From Pseudomonadota bacterium (GTDB lineage Bacteria > UBA10199 > 2-02-FULL-44-16 > JBDRGF01): DNA of 54,114 nt. Positions 1-9,688 of the stretch are shown piece by piece; position 1 is the first letter of the stretch, and the number at the start of each line of letters is the position of its first letter. The notes under the pieces are model-generated. The model did not search any database. It saw only the letters and a program-made list of their open reading frames with translations, and was not told where the DNA came from. The stretch is taken from NCBI GenBank assembly GCA_043818055.1, contig JBDRGF010000016.1, positions 1 to 54,114 on the forward strand, read 5' to 3'. A program made the position numbers and the translations under genes.

Positions 1-139
1 AGTCCATCACCTGGGCCAAGCCCTTCGTTGCCAAATACTTTGTGATCGCGCTCGTCAACGTAGTCTTGCCATGATCCACGTGACCTATTGTGCCTACATT
101 TACGTGAGGTTTCTTTCGCTCAAATTTTTCCTTACCCAT
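1..139 (-). CDS. tuf: Elongation factor Tu, 5' part (runs off window)
   Basis: Minus strand reads [29 protein letters not shown]; follows the Thr-Tyr-Gly-Thr tRNA cluster. Confidence 0.97.
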   Translation of the reverse strand, partial: MGKEKFERKKPHVNVGTIGHVDHGKTTLTSAITKYLATKGLAQVMD

Positions 140-160
140 AATCTTTCCCCTCCTTATTAT

Positions 161-240
161 CGTGAAGCGTCGTTCGTGAAGCGTCATTCGTAAAACCTCT
201 TTCGCTTTACGCTTCACGCTTCACGACCTACGTTTCACGG
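161..240. repeat. CGTGAAG/CTTCACG heptamer inverted-repeat element
   Basis: Tandem CGTGAAG-like units followed by tandem CTTCACG units; related copies at 3815, 28501, 29857. Confidence 0.8.
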
Positions 241-249
241 CTTTTATTG

Positions 250-322
250 AGCCGAGAACGGGAATCGAACCCGTGACCACATGCTTACCATGCATGTACT
301 CTACCGACTGAGCTACCTCGGC
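250..322 (-). tRNA. tRNA-Thr(GGT)
   Basis: GCCGAGGTAGCTCAGTCGGTAGAG...CATGC-ATGGTAA-GCATG...GGTTCGATTCCC cloverleaf. Confidence 0.95.
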
Positions 323-403
323 GGTCAAAATCAGTTCTCAGTAAGTAGTATTTAGTAAGTAGTATTCAGCATCACCACTACGCACTAAAAACTGCTTTTC
401 TTG

Positions 404-475
404 AGCGGGAGACGGGTTTCGAACCCGCGACCCTCAGCTTGGAAGGCTGATGCTCTACCGCTGAGCTACTCCCGC
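404..475 (-). tRNA. tRNA-Gly(TCC)
   Basis: GCGGGAGTAGCTCAGCGGTAGAGC...CTTCCAA anticodon loop, GTTCGAA T-loop. Confidence 0.95.
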
Positions 476-585
476 TAAAAATCGGCTTTGCCGATTTTTC
501 CCGATATACGATACACGATATACAAAGCTTAAAAAAATCGTGTGTCGTGTATCGGGACAAAAACTCCGCTAACGCGTAGTTTTTG

Positions 586-668
586 TGGAGAGGGGAGGAT
601 TCGAACCTCCGAAGGCGTACGCCGACAGATTTACAGTCTGTTCCCTTTGACCGCTCGGGAACCTCTCC
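586..668 (-). tRNA. tRNA-Tyr(GTA)
   Basis: GGAGAGGTTCCCGAGCGGTCAAAGGG...CTGTAAA loop, long variable arm. Confidence 0.95.
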
Positions 669-760
669 CTATCTTCCATAAAAACCCAATTTAAAAAGAT
701 CGAAAAAACACAAAAAACCAGCAGCAGCTAAAAGCTGGCTAGAAAAAAACATTCGATTTG

Positions 761-833
<73 letters not shown>

Positions 834-975
834 AAAACTACTGGTAAAACATTACGTTTCGCACTTTTAAGCCCATTCTCAAATTAAATTAAAAGTCGCT
901 TTAGTTCAAAAAGTTGCGTACTTTTAGGTAAGTTGCTGGATTTTGTCAACTCAAATCCCTCAAAAATTTAAGAAT

Positions 976-1725
976 TTACACCTTTTTCGCCAGTTTTTGC
1001 CTTGTGATTTCCGACATGAATATCGCACCCGCAACCGATACATTAAAAGATCCTATGCAACCTCTCATAGGAATTGATAAAATGTGGTCACAATTCTCCC
1101 TCACCAGCCTTCTAAGACCCTTTCCTTCGCTACCCAACACAAGCAGATGATTTCTACTTCCAAAATCATAAGAATAGAGATTTTCTCCCTCGCTATCTGC
1201 CCCTACCACCCAAAAATTCTCCTTTTTAAGCATCTCAATCGCACGATTTAAGTTTGTCACCTGGACGATATCTATATATTCGGTGGCGCCGGCAGATGCC
1301 CTCTGTGCCGCAGGGCCAATCGGAGCGCTGTTGTTGGCCGGGAGGATGATACCATCCATGCCTGTCAGGTGAGCGGTGCGGATCAGCGCACCCAAATTCT
1401 GAGGATCGGTTATTCCATCAAGCATCAGGAGTGTCGAACCCCTCTCATTTTTTGTCGATTTTTGTAAGATATCTTCAAGTGAGCTATACTCAAAAGAGGA
1501 AACTTTTGCAGCCACACCCTGATTTTTCTCAACTCTGCTTAAGTTGAATATTCCATCCCGATCAAGAAGCTTCACAGACAGACCCGACGCGCGTGAGAGC
1601 TCTTCTATCCTTTGCAGGGTGATATCCTTTTTTCCCTTTGCAACGTAGATCTCAAATACCTTACGCTTCTTGGCTTTCAATATCTCAAGAACACAGTTTA
1701 CGCCGCTAACTATCTCTGTTTTCAT
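976..1725 (-). CDS. rlmB: 23S rRNA Gm2251 methyltransferase (SpoU/TrmH family)
   Basis: LDGITDPQNLGALIRTA, GSEGKG, SFNVSVA SPOUT motifs. Confidence 0.9.
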   Translation of the reverse strand: MKTEIVSGVNCVLEILKAKKRKVFEIYVAKGKKDITLQRIEELSRASGLSVKLLDRDGIFNLSRVEKNQGVAAKVSSFEYSSLEDILQKSTKNERGSTLLMLDGITDPQNLGALIRTAHLTGMDGIILPANNSAPIGPAAQRASAGATEYIDIVQVTNLNRAIEMLKKENFWVVGADSEGENLYSYDFGSRNHLLVLGSEGKGLRRLVRENCDHILSIPMRGCIGSFNVSVAGAIFMSEITRQKLAKKV

Positions 1726-3792
1726 CTATCGATCGCTCTCTTGCTCTTTTTTCGATTCCGTTATGATCCTCTGCGCCACGTTAGGTGGTACCGGTTCATA
1801 ATGAGAAAATGTCATCGTGTAGGTTCCAGCGCCGGAGGTTATCGACTTCAAACTCGCCGAATATTGATAGAGCTCGGACATCGGAACCTTCGCCTTGATC
1901 ACGCCGGATTCCATGCCGCTCACTCTTCCTCTGCGCTGACTGATATCACTTGAAAGATCTCCCATATAGTCCTGTGGGGCGTAGACCTCGAGATCGACGA
2001 CCGGCTCAAGAAGTTGTGGGGAAGCTAACTCCATACCTTTTTTGAAAGCCATGGATGCGGCAACCTGAAATGCAAGATCGGAGGAGTCGACGGCGTGATA
2101 TGATCCGTCATAGACGGTCACTCTCAAGTTCACCACCGGATATCCAGCAAGCGTCCCCTTCTTCATAGATTCCTTGACGCCCTTCTCAACTGCGGGGATA
2201 TATCTGCCGGGGATTGAACCTCCGACGACGCTGTCCACAAATTCGAATTCCTTACCGTCATGGGTCGGTTCAAGTCTCAGCCAGCAATCTCCAAACTGCC
2301 CGTGTCCACCGCTCTGTTTTTTATGCTTGCCCTGCACCTCGACCCTCTTTGTAATCATCTCCCTGAACGGAATATGCGGCTTACCCAGATCAACCTCCAC
2401 ACCGTAGCGCTCTTTGAGTCTCTTTATCATGACATCGATCTGTACCTCTCCCATGCCGGTGACTATCGTCTCCGCAAATTCCCTGTCGATGTGCATGTGA
2501 AATGTCGGATCGATGGCTATGAGCTTCTGAAGTCCGATGCCAAGCTTATCCTGATCCTTCTTCGTCTTCGGAATTACAGCAAGGGGAACGACCGGCGTTG
2601 GAAATTCGATCGGTTTGAATTTCAACCGTTCATTTTTTGTGGAAAAGCTGTCATTGATCGATGTCTCTTTGAGCTTCGCGACTGCAGCTATATCTCCGGC
2701 ACTTATGGAGTTGATCTCCTCCCTATCCTTTCCCTTTACGGAAAGTATATGCCCGATCCTCTCAGAGGATGAGCTATTTGAATTGTACACATCATCCCCT
2801 GAAGTCAGCCTTCCGGAATAGAGTTTAAAAAAGAAGATATCGCCGATGCCGGGATCGGATGTGATCTTAAAGACGTGAGCAGCGACTGATCCGTTCGGAT
2901 CGACAATCAGATCTTTTTCTTTTCCTTCACCATCTAAAACTTTTATCGGTGGAAGATCCGAAGGCGCGGGAAAGTGTTTTGAAATTGTAGCAAGAAACGC
3001 GGTCAGACTCGCGTTGTTATGAGCGCTGCCGACAAAGATGGGGCTGAGCTCTCCCTGGGCAATTCCCTTCACCATGCCAAATTTGAGATCCTCTTCGGAA
3101 AGATCTCCCTTCTCCAGATATTTATTCAGGAGCTCCTCCGAACTCTCAGCTATGGATTCCATCAGTTCAGACTTGCTCATCTTCGCCTCTTCGGCAAGGT
3201 CGGAAGAGACTTCTTCAATTGAAACTTTCTCACCGTTAACTTTATAGGCCTTCCCATCGAGAAGATCTACAACGCCTGTAAACGAGGCCCCTTTGCCGAT
3301 CGGAATCTGAAAAAGAGCGGCTGCTGATTCGAGCTCATCTTTGATCGATTTTACAGCTTTATCCGGATCAGCCCTTTCATTATCCATTTTGGTGATAAAA
3401 AACATGCAGGGCTTATTCATTTGCTTGGCCACATTGAAAAGCCTGCGGGCATTAACCTCGACACCATTGACAGCATCTACGACTATGACAACAACATCAC
3501 AAATATTCAAAGAGGAATAGACCTCCCCCAAAAAATCTGAATATCCGGGCGTATCTATTATATTGATCTTCGTGCTCTCCCACACAACAGGTAAAACTTT
3601 TGAAGTGATGCTCTGCCTGCGCTCCTGTTCGATCGGATCGTAATCGACCATCGATGTCCCATCATCGACCTTTCCCAAACGGGTATTTCCTTTTGATACA
3701 AAGAGCAAAGCATCTATCAACGAGGTCTTTCCCACACCCTTGCCACCGATCAGAACTACGTTACGAATATCCTTTGTCTCAAATTTGTTCAC
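1726..3792 (-). CDS. Elongation factor G paralogue (EF-G2-like)
   Basis: Full EF-G architecture (KKQSGGHGQFG, DGSYHAVDSS); GTG start at 3792 after AAGGAGG; G1 GGKGVGKT, G3 DTPGY. Confidence 0.88.
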   Translation of the reverse strand: MNKFETKDIRNVVLIGGKGVGKTSLIDALLFVSKGNTRLGKVDDGTSMVDYDPIEQERRQSITSKVLPVVWESTKINIIDTPGYSDFLGEVYSSLNICDVVVIVVDAVNGVEVNARRLFNVAKQMNKPCMFFITKMDNERADPDKAVKSIKDELESAAALFQIPIGKGASFTGVVDLLDGKAYKVNGEKVSIEEVSSDLAEEAKMSKSELMESIAESSEELLNKYLEKGDLSEEDLKFGMVKGIAQGELSPIFVGSAHNNASLTAFLATISKHFPAPSDLPPIKVLDGEGKEKDLIVDPNGSVAAHVFKITSDPGIGDIFFFKLYSGRLTSGDDVYNSNSSSSERIGHILSVKGKDREEINSISAGDIAAVAKLKETSINDSFSTKNERLKFKPIEFPTPVVPLAVIPKTKKDQDKLGIGLQKLIAIDPTFHMHIDREFAETIVTGMGEVQIDVMIKRLKERYGVEVDLGKPHIPFREMITKRVEVQGKHKKQSGGHGQFGDCWLRLEPTHDGKEFEFVDSVVGGSIPGRYIPAVEKGVKESMKKGTLAGYPVVNLRVTVYDGSYHAVDSSDLAFQVAASMAFKKGMELASPQLLEPVVDLEVYAPQDYMGDLSSDISQRRGRVSGMESGVIKAKVPMSELYQYSASLKSITSGAGTYTMTFSHYEPVPPNVAQRIITESKKEQESDR

Positions 3793-3814
3793 GGTTCCCC
3801 CCTCCTTGAATTTT

Positions 3815-3936
3815 CGTGAAGCGTCCACCCGTGAAGCGTAAAACGTCAATGGAAAAGGTTTATAATATAAGTTCCAAATGCGATTCAAATTATAATTTTT
3901 CCACCCACGCTTCACGCTTCACGTCATCCGTTTCAC
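3815..3936. repeat. CGTGAAG heptamer inverted-repeat element with GTGGAAAAATTATAA core
   Basis: Reverse complement aligns by eye with 28501-28590. Confidence 0.8.
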
Positions 3937-3937
3937 G

Positions 3938-4636
3938 TTATTTTTTCTTTTCCTCCTTTAAAACACTTGAAGATTTTTTATCTTCTTTTGCCGGAGCTAT
4001 CTCCCACTCACTTGAATTGTTGTATTTTAAACCTGTCAACTTCGCCAGATGCTTGAATAAGTCAAAGCTCACCTTGTTCGCCGCATCGACGAAAAGAGCT
4101 TCATCAAAACCCTCTTCACCCTTTGACTTAAAGATTCCCTTTTTTGAAGTCTTCTCGGAATAAAACTCTGTGATCTGCTTTTTGTTCTTCGACACGAGGA
4201 GCTCAGCCTTGATCTTCACCTCTGCGCGTTCAGTAGTTGATGGATCTTTCTTCTTGCCGGTCGGCTTAAATGTGTCGATGTTGAGCTGCAGGAAAAGAGT
4301 GGACGGTTTTTTGTCACGAATGCGCGACTGAAATAAAATAGTCGAACCGGAAGAGAGTGAGTAACTTAAAAACTCCTCCTGCACCTTCTTTTTGAGATCC
4401 TTGAGAAGGTTGTTCACCTCAGTCTTAAGGGTACCGCTCAGATCCCCCAGCACAACACCATTCGATGTCACAGGAAGAACAACGATCTTCTCTACCTTCG
4501 TAAGGTCATAGTCGGACAGAGCCTCTTTTGTCACCTGCACCTTCGCCTGAACCAGGGATGGCAGAATAGCCAGAGAGAGCACCAAAGCAAAAATTCTGAA
4601 AAGATTCTTTCCGTTTACAACAAGCTTCTTTTTCAT
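3938..4636 (-). CDS. Hypothetical exported protein
   Basis: Basic N-terminus, hydrophobic stretch and VQA cleavage site; GGAGG RBS. Confidence 0.7.
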   Translation of the reverse strand: MKKKLVVNGKNLFRIFALVLSLAILPSLVQAKVQVTKEALSDYDLTKVEKIVVLPVTSNGVVLGDLSGTLKTEVNNLLKDLKKKVQEEFLSYSLSSGSTILFQSRIRDKKPSTLFLQLNIDTFKPTGKKKDPSTTERAEVKIKAELLVSKNKKQITEFYSEKTSKKGIFKSKGEEGFDEALFVDAANKVSFDLFKHLAKLTGLKYNNSSEWEIAPAKEDKKSSSVLKEEKKK

Positions 4637-4740
4637 ACAACCTCCCCACTTTTTAATTTTATTTTAGCTGTCTGACACATCGATGATGGTAAACTTTGTC
4701 CCTATGTACAATCTGGCAAAAAATTGTCAAGAAAAGTCCC

Positions 4741-4808
4741 GATGCCGCATGATTTTTCAAAGAAAAATCATCAGCGGCATCGAGGATCCCGCACCTGATG
4801 CGGGATCC
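4741..4808. repeat. Double-hairpin palindromic element
   Basis: GATGCCGC..ATGATTTTTC/GAAAAATCAT..GCGGCATC and GGATCCCGCA/TGCGGGATCC. Confidence 0.6.
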
Positions 4809-4830
4809 ATAGAAAAAATTCCTTCGTATA

Positions 4831-5241
4831 TTAAGTTGCCTTAAGTATCTGGACAATCACCTCTCTCGAACGCGGCTTTTCGTCAAAATCTATCAAAACT
4901 ACCTGCTGCCACGTCCCAAGAGAGAGGCTTCCACCTCTGATGGGCACCGATAGGTCGGTGCCGACGAGTGCCGACTTGATGTGGGCCGCGCCGTTACCAT
5001 CCCCCCATTTCAGGTGATGTTTGTAGTGGGCCTTTTCAGGCGCTATCTTCTCAAAAACGGCTATTAGATCCTCAATCACACCAGATTCATATTCGATGGT
5101 CGTAATGGCAGCAGTCGAACCAGGAACAAAGAGATAGAGAATTCCATTTTCAATCTTCGATTTATCGACGATCGACTTTACCTTCTCGGTCATATCGATA
5201 AAATCATATCGCCCCTTGGTCTTGAAATTAATCGATTCCAT
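4831..5241 (-). CDS. yjbQ: YjbQ/UPF0047 family protein
   Basis: GSTAAITTIE, GNGAAHIKS, LGTWQQV..DFD motifs. Confidence 0.9.
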   Translation of the reverse strand: MESINFKTKGRYDFIDMTEKVKSIVDKSKIENGILYLFVPGSTAAITTIEYESGVIEDLIAVFEKIAPEKAHYKHHLKWGDGNGAAHIKSALVGTDLSVPIRGGSLSLGTWQQVVLIDFDEKPRSREVIVQILKAT

Positions 5242-5328
5242 TTCCCCCCCCTAAAAATATAACAACAATAATATAGGTGTAACACTATGAGGTGCAACTA
5301 CAAAAATTTATTCTTCCTCACTCTTTAC

Positions 5329-5435
5329 CGTCCAATTCCCGGACGCTTTGTGTCCGATGATCGGACGCTTTATCAAAATGTCACTCCGATAACTAGTTGA
5401 TTTATAACAAATCACAAAATGGCACGATCCTTGCT
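5329..5435 (+). promoter_or_regulatory. Sigma54 promoter (-24/-12) with IHF site and tandem palindromic upstream activator sites
   Basis: TGGCACGATCCTTGCT at 5420-5435; IHF consensus AATCAACTAGTTA on minus strand at 5390-5402; GTCC-N7-GGAC palindromes at 5330-5344 and 5352-5366. Confidence 0.75.
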
Positions 5436-5448
5436 AATGAAGCTTCGC

Positions 5449-6972
5449 ATGTTAGGAAAAGTTTACAGCGCATCCATTTTGGGAATAGAAGCAAAAACGG
5501 TCAAGGTCGAGACCGATGTGAGGGATTCCAACCTTCCAGGATGGAGTATGGTGGGACTTCCCGAGACCGCGGTCAAGGAGGCAAGAGAGCGTGTCGCCTC
5601 TGCGATCAGAAATTCAGGTTACCGGCTTCTCAACAGAAGGATCACGACAAATCTTTCGCCGGCTGATTTGAAAAAGGTCGGCGCTCATTTTGATCTGCCA
5701 ATCGCGATCTCGCTGCTCGCCGCTTCAAAAATCTGTCCAATAAAATCAGTTGAAAATATTTTATTTGCCGGTGAACTTTCGCTCTCCGGAAAGCTGCTTC
5801 CGATCAAGGGGGCGCTTGTGCTAGCACTCACAGCCCTCAACCACGGACTCAAGGCCATCGTCATTCCCCACGGAAATTTTAAAGAGGCTTCATTTGTGAA
5901 GGGGATCGAGATCATAGGTGTCGCCAATCTCGTCGAAGCGGTTCATTTTCTCACCGAAGGGACCATCCCGTTGCAAAATACGATAGATGAAAATTTTCAA
6001 ACCGATCAGGCCGCTCCCGATTTTTCCGAGGTGAGAGGACAATTGATCGCGAAGAGGGCGCTCGAGATCGCGTCATCGGGAGGACACAACGTATTGATGG
6101 TCGGCCCACCCGGAACGGGAAAAACGATGCTCGCAGAAAGGCTCCCTTCGATACTCTCTCCACTCTCCGAGAGTGAGGCTATCGAAGTCATGAAGATCAA
6201 AAGCTGTCACGGGGTTTTGTTGAACAGGGAATTCATACCGACGATTCGACCATTCAGGGCACCGCATCACTCTGCATCCGCTGTCGGACTCTCGGGTGGC
6301 GGCAACAATAACACAAGCCACATCGGGGAGATCTCGCTCGCGCACAACGGCGTCCTCTTTCTCGATGAGCTGCCCGAATTCAGACGCGATGTGCTTGAAG
6401 TGTTAAGGCAGCCAATCGAGCGCGGGATAGTGCACATCGTGAGGGCTGGTTTAAGCATCTCATATCCGGCGAAGTTCATGCTGGTGGCGGCTATGAACCC
6501 TTGCCCTTGCGGATATTATGGCCATCCGGCAAAACCCTGTATATGCTCTGTCTCTCAGATCATCCATTATAATAAAAAGATATCGGGGCCTCTCATCGAC
6601 AGGATCGATCTTCATATAACGCTTCAACCGCCATCGCATTATGAGCTGATGAATGCGGGGAGCGCGGAGGTTTCATCTGCAATCAGAGGGCGAGTGCTGG
6701 CAACACGGGAGATTCAGCAGAGGCGATACAAAGGGAAAATCGACTGCAATGCTGAGCTCAAGGCGAAGGATCTCGAAGAGGTCTGCGCCCTCACTCCAAA
6801 TGATAAGCAGTTCTTGATAAGCGCCTCCGAGCGGATGAACATCAGCGCGAGATCGCTGCACAGGATACTGAAAATTTCGCGAACGATCGCCGACATGTCG
6901 GGAGAGGAAAATATCAACACATCCCATATTTCCGAGGCCATGCAGTACCGGCCATCGGAAGAGAGAATCTGA
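5449..6972 (+). CDS. comM: ComM/YifB Mg-chelatase-like AAA+ helicase
   Basis: VGLPETAVKEARERV, GPPGTGKTML, PFRAPHHS, GVLFLDE, MNPCPCG; ATG 5449 preferred because the upstream ATG overlaps the sigma54 box. Confidence 0.93.
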   Translation: MLGKVYSASILGIEAKTVKVETDVRDSNLPGWSMVGLPETAVKEARERVASAIRNSGYRLLNRRITTNLSPADLKKVGAHFDLPIAISLLAASKICPIKSVENILFAGELSLSGKLLPIKGALVLALTALNHGLKAIVIPHGNFKEASFVKGIEIIGVANLVEAVHFLTEGTIPLQNTIDENFQTDQAAPDFSEVRGQLIAKRALEIASSGGHNVLMVGPPGTGKTMLAERLPSILSPLSESEAIEVMKIKSCHGVLLNREFIPTIRPFRAPHHSASAVGLSGGGNNNTSHIGEISLAHNGVLFLDELPEFRRDVLEVLRQPIERGIVHIVRAGLSISYPAKFMLVAAMNPCPCGYYGHPAKPCICSVSQIIHYNKKISGPLIDRIDLHITLQPPSHYELMNAGSAEVSSAIRGRVLATREIQQRRYKGKIDCNAELKAKDLEEVCALTPNDKQFLISASERMNISARSLHRILKISRTIADMSGEENINTSHISEAMQYRPSEERI

Positions 6973-6974
6973 CA

Positions 6975-7547
6975 ATGTTGCTATCCATAGTATTCAGAGG
7001 CGAGGGAGTGGAATCTTTGAAGAAAGATGCGACCTTGAGAGAATTCACAGAGAACCTCAGAAAATTTAAAATCAAGGAGTGCTCAAAAATCCACGATCTG
7101 ACGATCATACACTCCGAGATGCATCTTCTCTTTAGATTGCGGAATAATGATGTTGAAGGGAATATTGAAAAGATTAAGAAAATTCTTATTGCACTTCATT
7201 CAGACAAATCAGTTCACTTCCGACCTAAAAACCATCACCCCCTTCTGCCCTACAGGCACCTTCCCCCGTCAAAAAGGGGGAAGGGCAAAGATGAACTTGA
7301 AACGCATCACAAGGTGCTGAACACTGAGGAGCTCGCCTTTTGCACGTGCCGCTACTATCATTGGCTGCCGGTCATTAGAGGATATGTCGATGCCCCGAAG
7401 GACTGGGAACTTTCAGGATACTCGTTTCACATTCTGGGAAAGAGAAATGGAATAATTGAAGGAGTGCTTGATCCCCTTTCGTCGATTGATCTTGCTGAAG
7501 TAATTTACGAATCGAGTTTTATACCGGATGGGAAGTATCATTTGTGA
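6975..7547 (+). CDS. Divergent REP-associated tyrosine transposase (RAYT/Y1)-like protein
   Basis: IIHSEMHLL resembles the HUH region; RYYHWLPV..G.V..P.DW..S.Y resembles the RAYT C-terminus; followed by a GTAG-type REP. Confidence 0.6.
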   Translation: MLLSIVFRGEGVESLKKDATLREFTENLRKFKIKECSKIHDLTIIHSEMHLLFRLRNNDVEGNIEKIKKILIALHSDKSVHFRPKNHHPLLPYRHLPPSKRGKGKDELETHHKVLNTEELAFCTCRYYHWLPVIRGYVDAPKDWELSGYSFHILGKRNGIIEGVLDPLSSIDLAEVIYESSFIPDGKYHL

Positions 7548-7565
7548 GGAGCAAGCAGGAAAACA

Positions 7566-7590
7566 AGGGCGGTTCACGAACCGCACCTAC
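7566..7590. repeat. GTAG-family REP palindrome
   Basis: AGGGCGGTTCACGAACCGCACCTAC; near-copy at 26244-26271. Confidence 0.75.
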
Positions 7591-7601
7591 ACTGACAAAC
7601 A

Positions 7602-8249
7602 CTAAAACCGAATATCATCGACTTCGGAGTTCTTTGTCTTGACCGGTTTTTTGGAGACGGGGACTTTGGGTTTGTCTTTTTCGAATTTCAATGTTGGATC
7701 GAAGCAGGCGCGGCATCTCGCTTCGTACCTCTCGCCGGAGCCGACGACTACCTGTCCTGCTTCATCCGTGAGGCGCTGCGATCTCGTGGCAAGGCCGCCG
7801 CACACCATGCAGACTGCCTTGAGCTTCAATATCGAATCTGCGATGGCTAGAAGTTCTGGCATCGGGCCGAATGGATTGCCAAGATAATCCTGATCTAGAC
7901 CGGCGACTATAACTCTGAGTCCCCGGTTGGCGAGCTTTTGCACAACCGTGACGATCTCATCGTTGAAAAACTGCGCTTCGTCGAGTCCGACGACGCGCGT
8001 GTTGTCATCGAGCTGGTCGAGGATTTCGTTCGGGTTGTTCACAGTCTGACATTCAGATTTCTGTTTGCTGTGCGACGCGATAAAATCGTTCTCATAGCGA
8101 TCATCGAGAGAGGCCTTGAAAATCTGCACCCTCTGTTTTGCGATGCGGGAGAGCCTCAATCTTCTGATCAGCTCTTCAGTCTTGCCTGAAAACATCGGAC
8201 CGCAGACCACCTCAATCCAGCCTGTGAATCTTCCTTGATTGTAGTGCAT
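7602..8249 (-). CDS. tdk: Thymidine kinase
   Basis: GPMFSGKTEEL, DEAQFF, AGLD, CxxC/CxxC zinc motifs. Confidence 0.95.
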   Translation of the reverse strand: MHYNQGRFTGWIEVVCGPMFSGKTEELIRRLRLSRIAKQRVQIFKASLDDRYENDFIASHSKQKSECQTVNNPNEILDQLDDNTRVVGLDEAQFFNDEIVTVVQKLANRGLRVIVAGLDQDYLGNPFGPMPELLAIADSILKLKAVCMVCGGLATRSQRLTDEAGQVVVGSGERYEARCRACFDPTLKFEKDKPKVPVSKKPVKTKNSEVDDIRF

Positions 8250-8257
8250 GATTCCTC

Positions 8258-8337
8258 CAGTTTACAGTTAACAGTGTGCAGTTAAACCCTCGCATATAGA
8301 GCTTTTACTGCAAACTGTGAACTGAAAACTGTTAACT
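8258..8337. repeat. CAGTTAA/TTAACTG heptamer inverted-repeat element
   Basis: CAGTTTA CAGTTAA CAGTGTG CAGTTAA ... TTTACTG CAAACTG TGAACTG AAAACTG TTAACT. Confidence 0.75.
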
Positions 8338-9633
8338 AATAGTTTCATATATCAAAGGCAGCGCTTCTGCCCGCTCGCCTATACCTACCGACTTCTCCAG
8401 CAAATGCATCGCCTCGTTTTTCTTTGCTTCATCATTATAATGAATCACGGCGATCGCACCCCCTGCATCCACCTCTGCTCCCAGCTTTGCAAGCCACTCA
8501 ATTCCGACTGCGGGATCGACCTTGTCTGTGTGAGCCCTTCTACCTGCGCCGAGTAGGACAGTTGCGAAGCCTACCTTTTCTGTATCAATACAATTCACAT
8601 ATCCCGAAGAGGAGGCTTTGAGATCAACCTTATGCTTCGCCTGTGGAAGTTTCTCTGGATCGTATATCGCCTTCGCCCTTCCTCCCTGCATATCGACGAG
8701 CTCGGCGAATCTCTCAAGGGCTTTGCCGCTGGCAATCGCGCTATCGTATTTCTTTCTCCCCTCTTCCATCGAAGAAACCAGATCCGCCAAAAGGAGCATC
8801 TTCGCTGAAAGCTCTCTGCAGAGTTCTGTCACATCGGCAGGCCCCTTTCCATTCAGGATATCTATCGACTCCTTCACCTCCAGAGCATTGCCGATCATCC
8901 TTCCAAGGGGCTGGTTCATATCCGTTATAAATGCGCTGATCTTTTTGTCTGAGCGCTTGCCAATATCAATAAGTGTATTAGCGAGCCTTCTCGCCTCGTC
9001 AATATGCTTCATGAAGGCGCCACTACCCACCTTCACATCTATCACCAGCGCATCGATTCCTTCTGCGAGTTTCTTGCTCATGATCGACGCGCTAATTAGT
9101 TGAATCGAATCGACAGTCGCTGTGACATCGCGAAGTGCGTAGAGCTTTTTGTCAGCAGGTGCTATATCCTCGGTCTGGCCGATGAGGGAGAGATTTAACT
9201 TTTTCAATACCTTTTTATATTCCTTCAGAGTGAGATCGGTACGAAAACCGGGTATCGACTCGAGCTTGTCGAGCGTGCCGCCAGTGTGACCCAAGCCCCG
9301 TCCCGAGACCATAGGCACAACACCTCCCGAAACTGCAACGACCGGGGCGATGACAAGAGACGGCTTATCCCCCACACCTCCTGTGGAATGCTTATCGACC
9401 TTGACCCCTTCGATCTCGCTCAGATCGACAACAGTCCCGGAATGAAGCATCGCGTGAACGAGGAGATTCGTCTCTTCGGGGTTGAGCCCTTTTAAAAACA
9501 TGGCCATGAGCCATGCAGAGAGCTGATAATCGGGTATGGTGCCATCAGCAGCGCCCTTTACCATGTAATTGATTTCATCACTCGATAGCTTTTTCCCATC
9601 GCGTTTTTTCTTGATGATGAGAACAGTATTCAT
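8332..9633 (-). CDS. pdp: Pyrimidine-nucleoside/thymidine phosphorylase
   Basis: DKHSTGGVGDK, SGRGLGHTGGTLDKLE, ASIMSKK; start MNTVLII at 9633. Confidence 0.93.
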   Translation of the reverse strand: MNTVLIIKKKRDGKKLSSDEINYMVKGAADGTIPDYQLSAWLMAMFLKGLNPEETNLLVHAMLHSGTVVDLSEIEGVKVDKHSTGGVGDKPSLVIAPVVAVSGGVVPMVSGRGLGHTGGTLDKLESIPGFRTDLTLKEYKKVLKKLNLSLIGQTEDIAPADKKLYALRDVTATVDSIQLISASIMSKKLAEGIDALVIDVKVGSGAFMKHIDEARRLANTLIDIGKRSDKKISAFITDMNQPLGRMIGNALEVKESIDILNGKGPADVTELCRELSAKMLLLADLVSSMEEGRKKYDSAIASGKALERFAELVDMQGGRAKAIYDPEKLPQAKHKVDLKASSSGYVNCIDTEKVGFATVLLGAGRRAHTDKVDPAVGIEWLAKLGAEVDAGGAIAVIHYNDEAKKNEAMHLLEKSVGIGERAEALPLIYETIS

Positions 9634-9688
9634 AATCCACTTGTAGTAACTGAATTTGAAAAGTTCAAGAGATATTATCCAAGAGGTA

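Noticed and set aside
378..560. 60-aa ORF in the ORF track
   Set aside because: Overlaps tRNA-Gly and a heptamer hairpin; spurious
3793..3915. 41-aa N-terminal extension of the EF-G paralogue
   Set aside because: It is the translated heptamer repeat; a GTG with a strong RBS lies at 3792
5419..5448. Longer comM start MARSLLMKLR
   Set aside because: It overlaps the sigma54 -24/-12 box; family-like sequence begins at MLGKV (5449)
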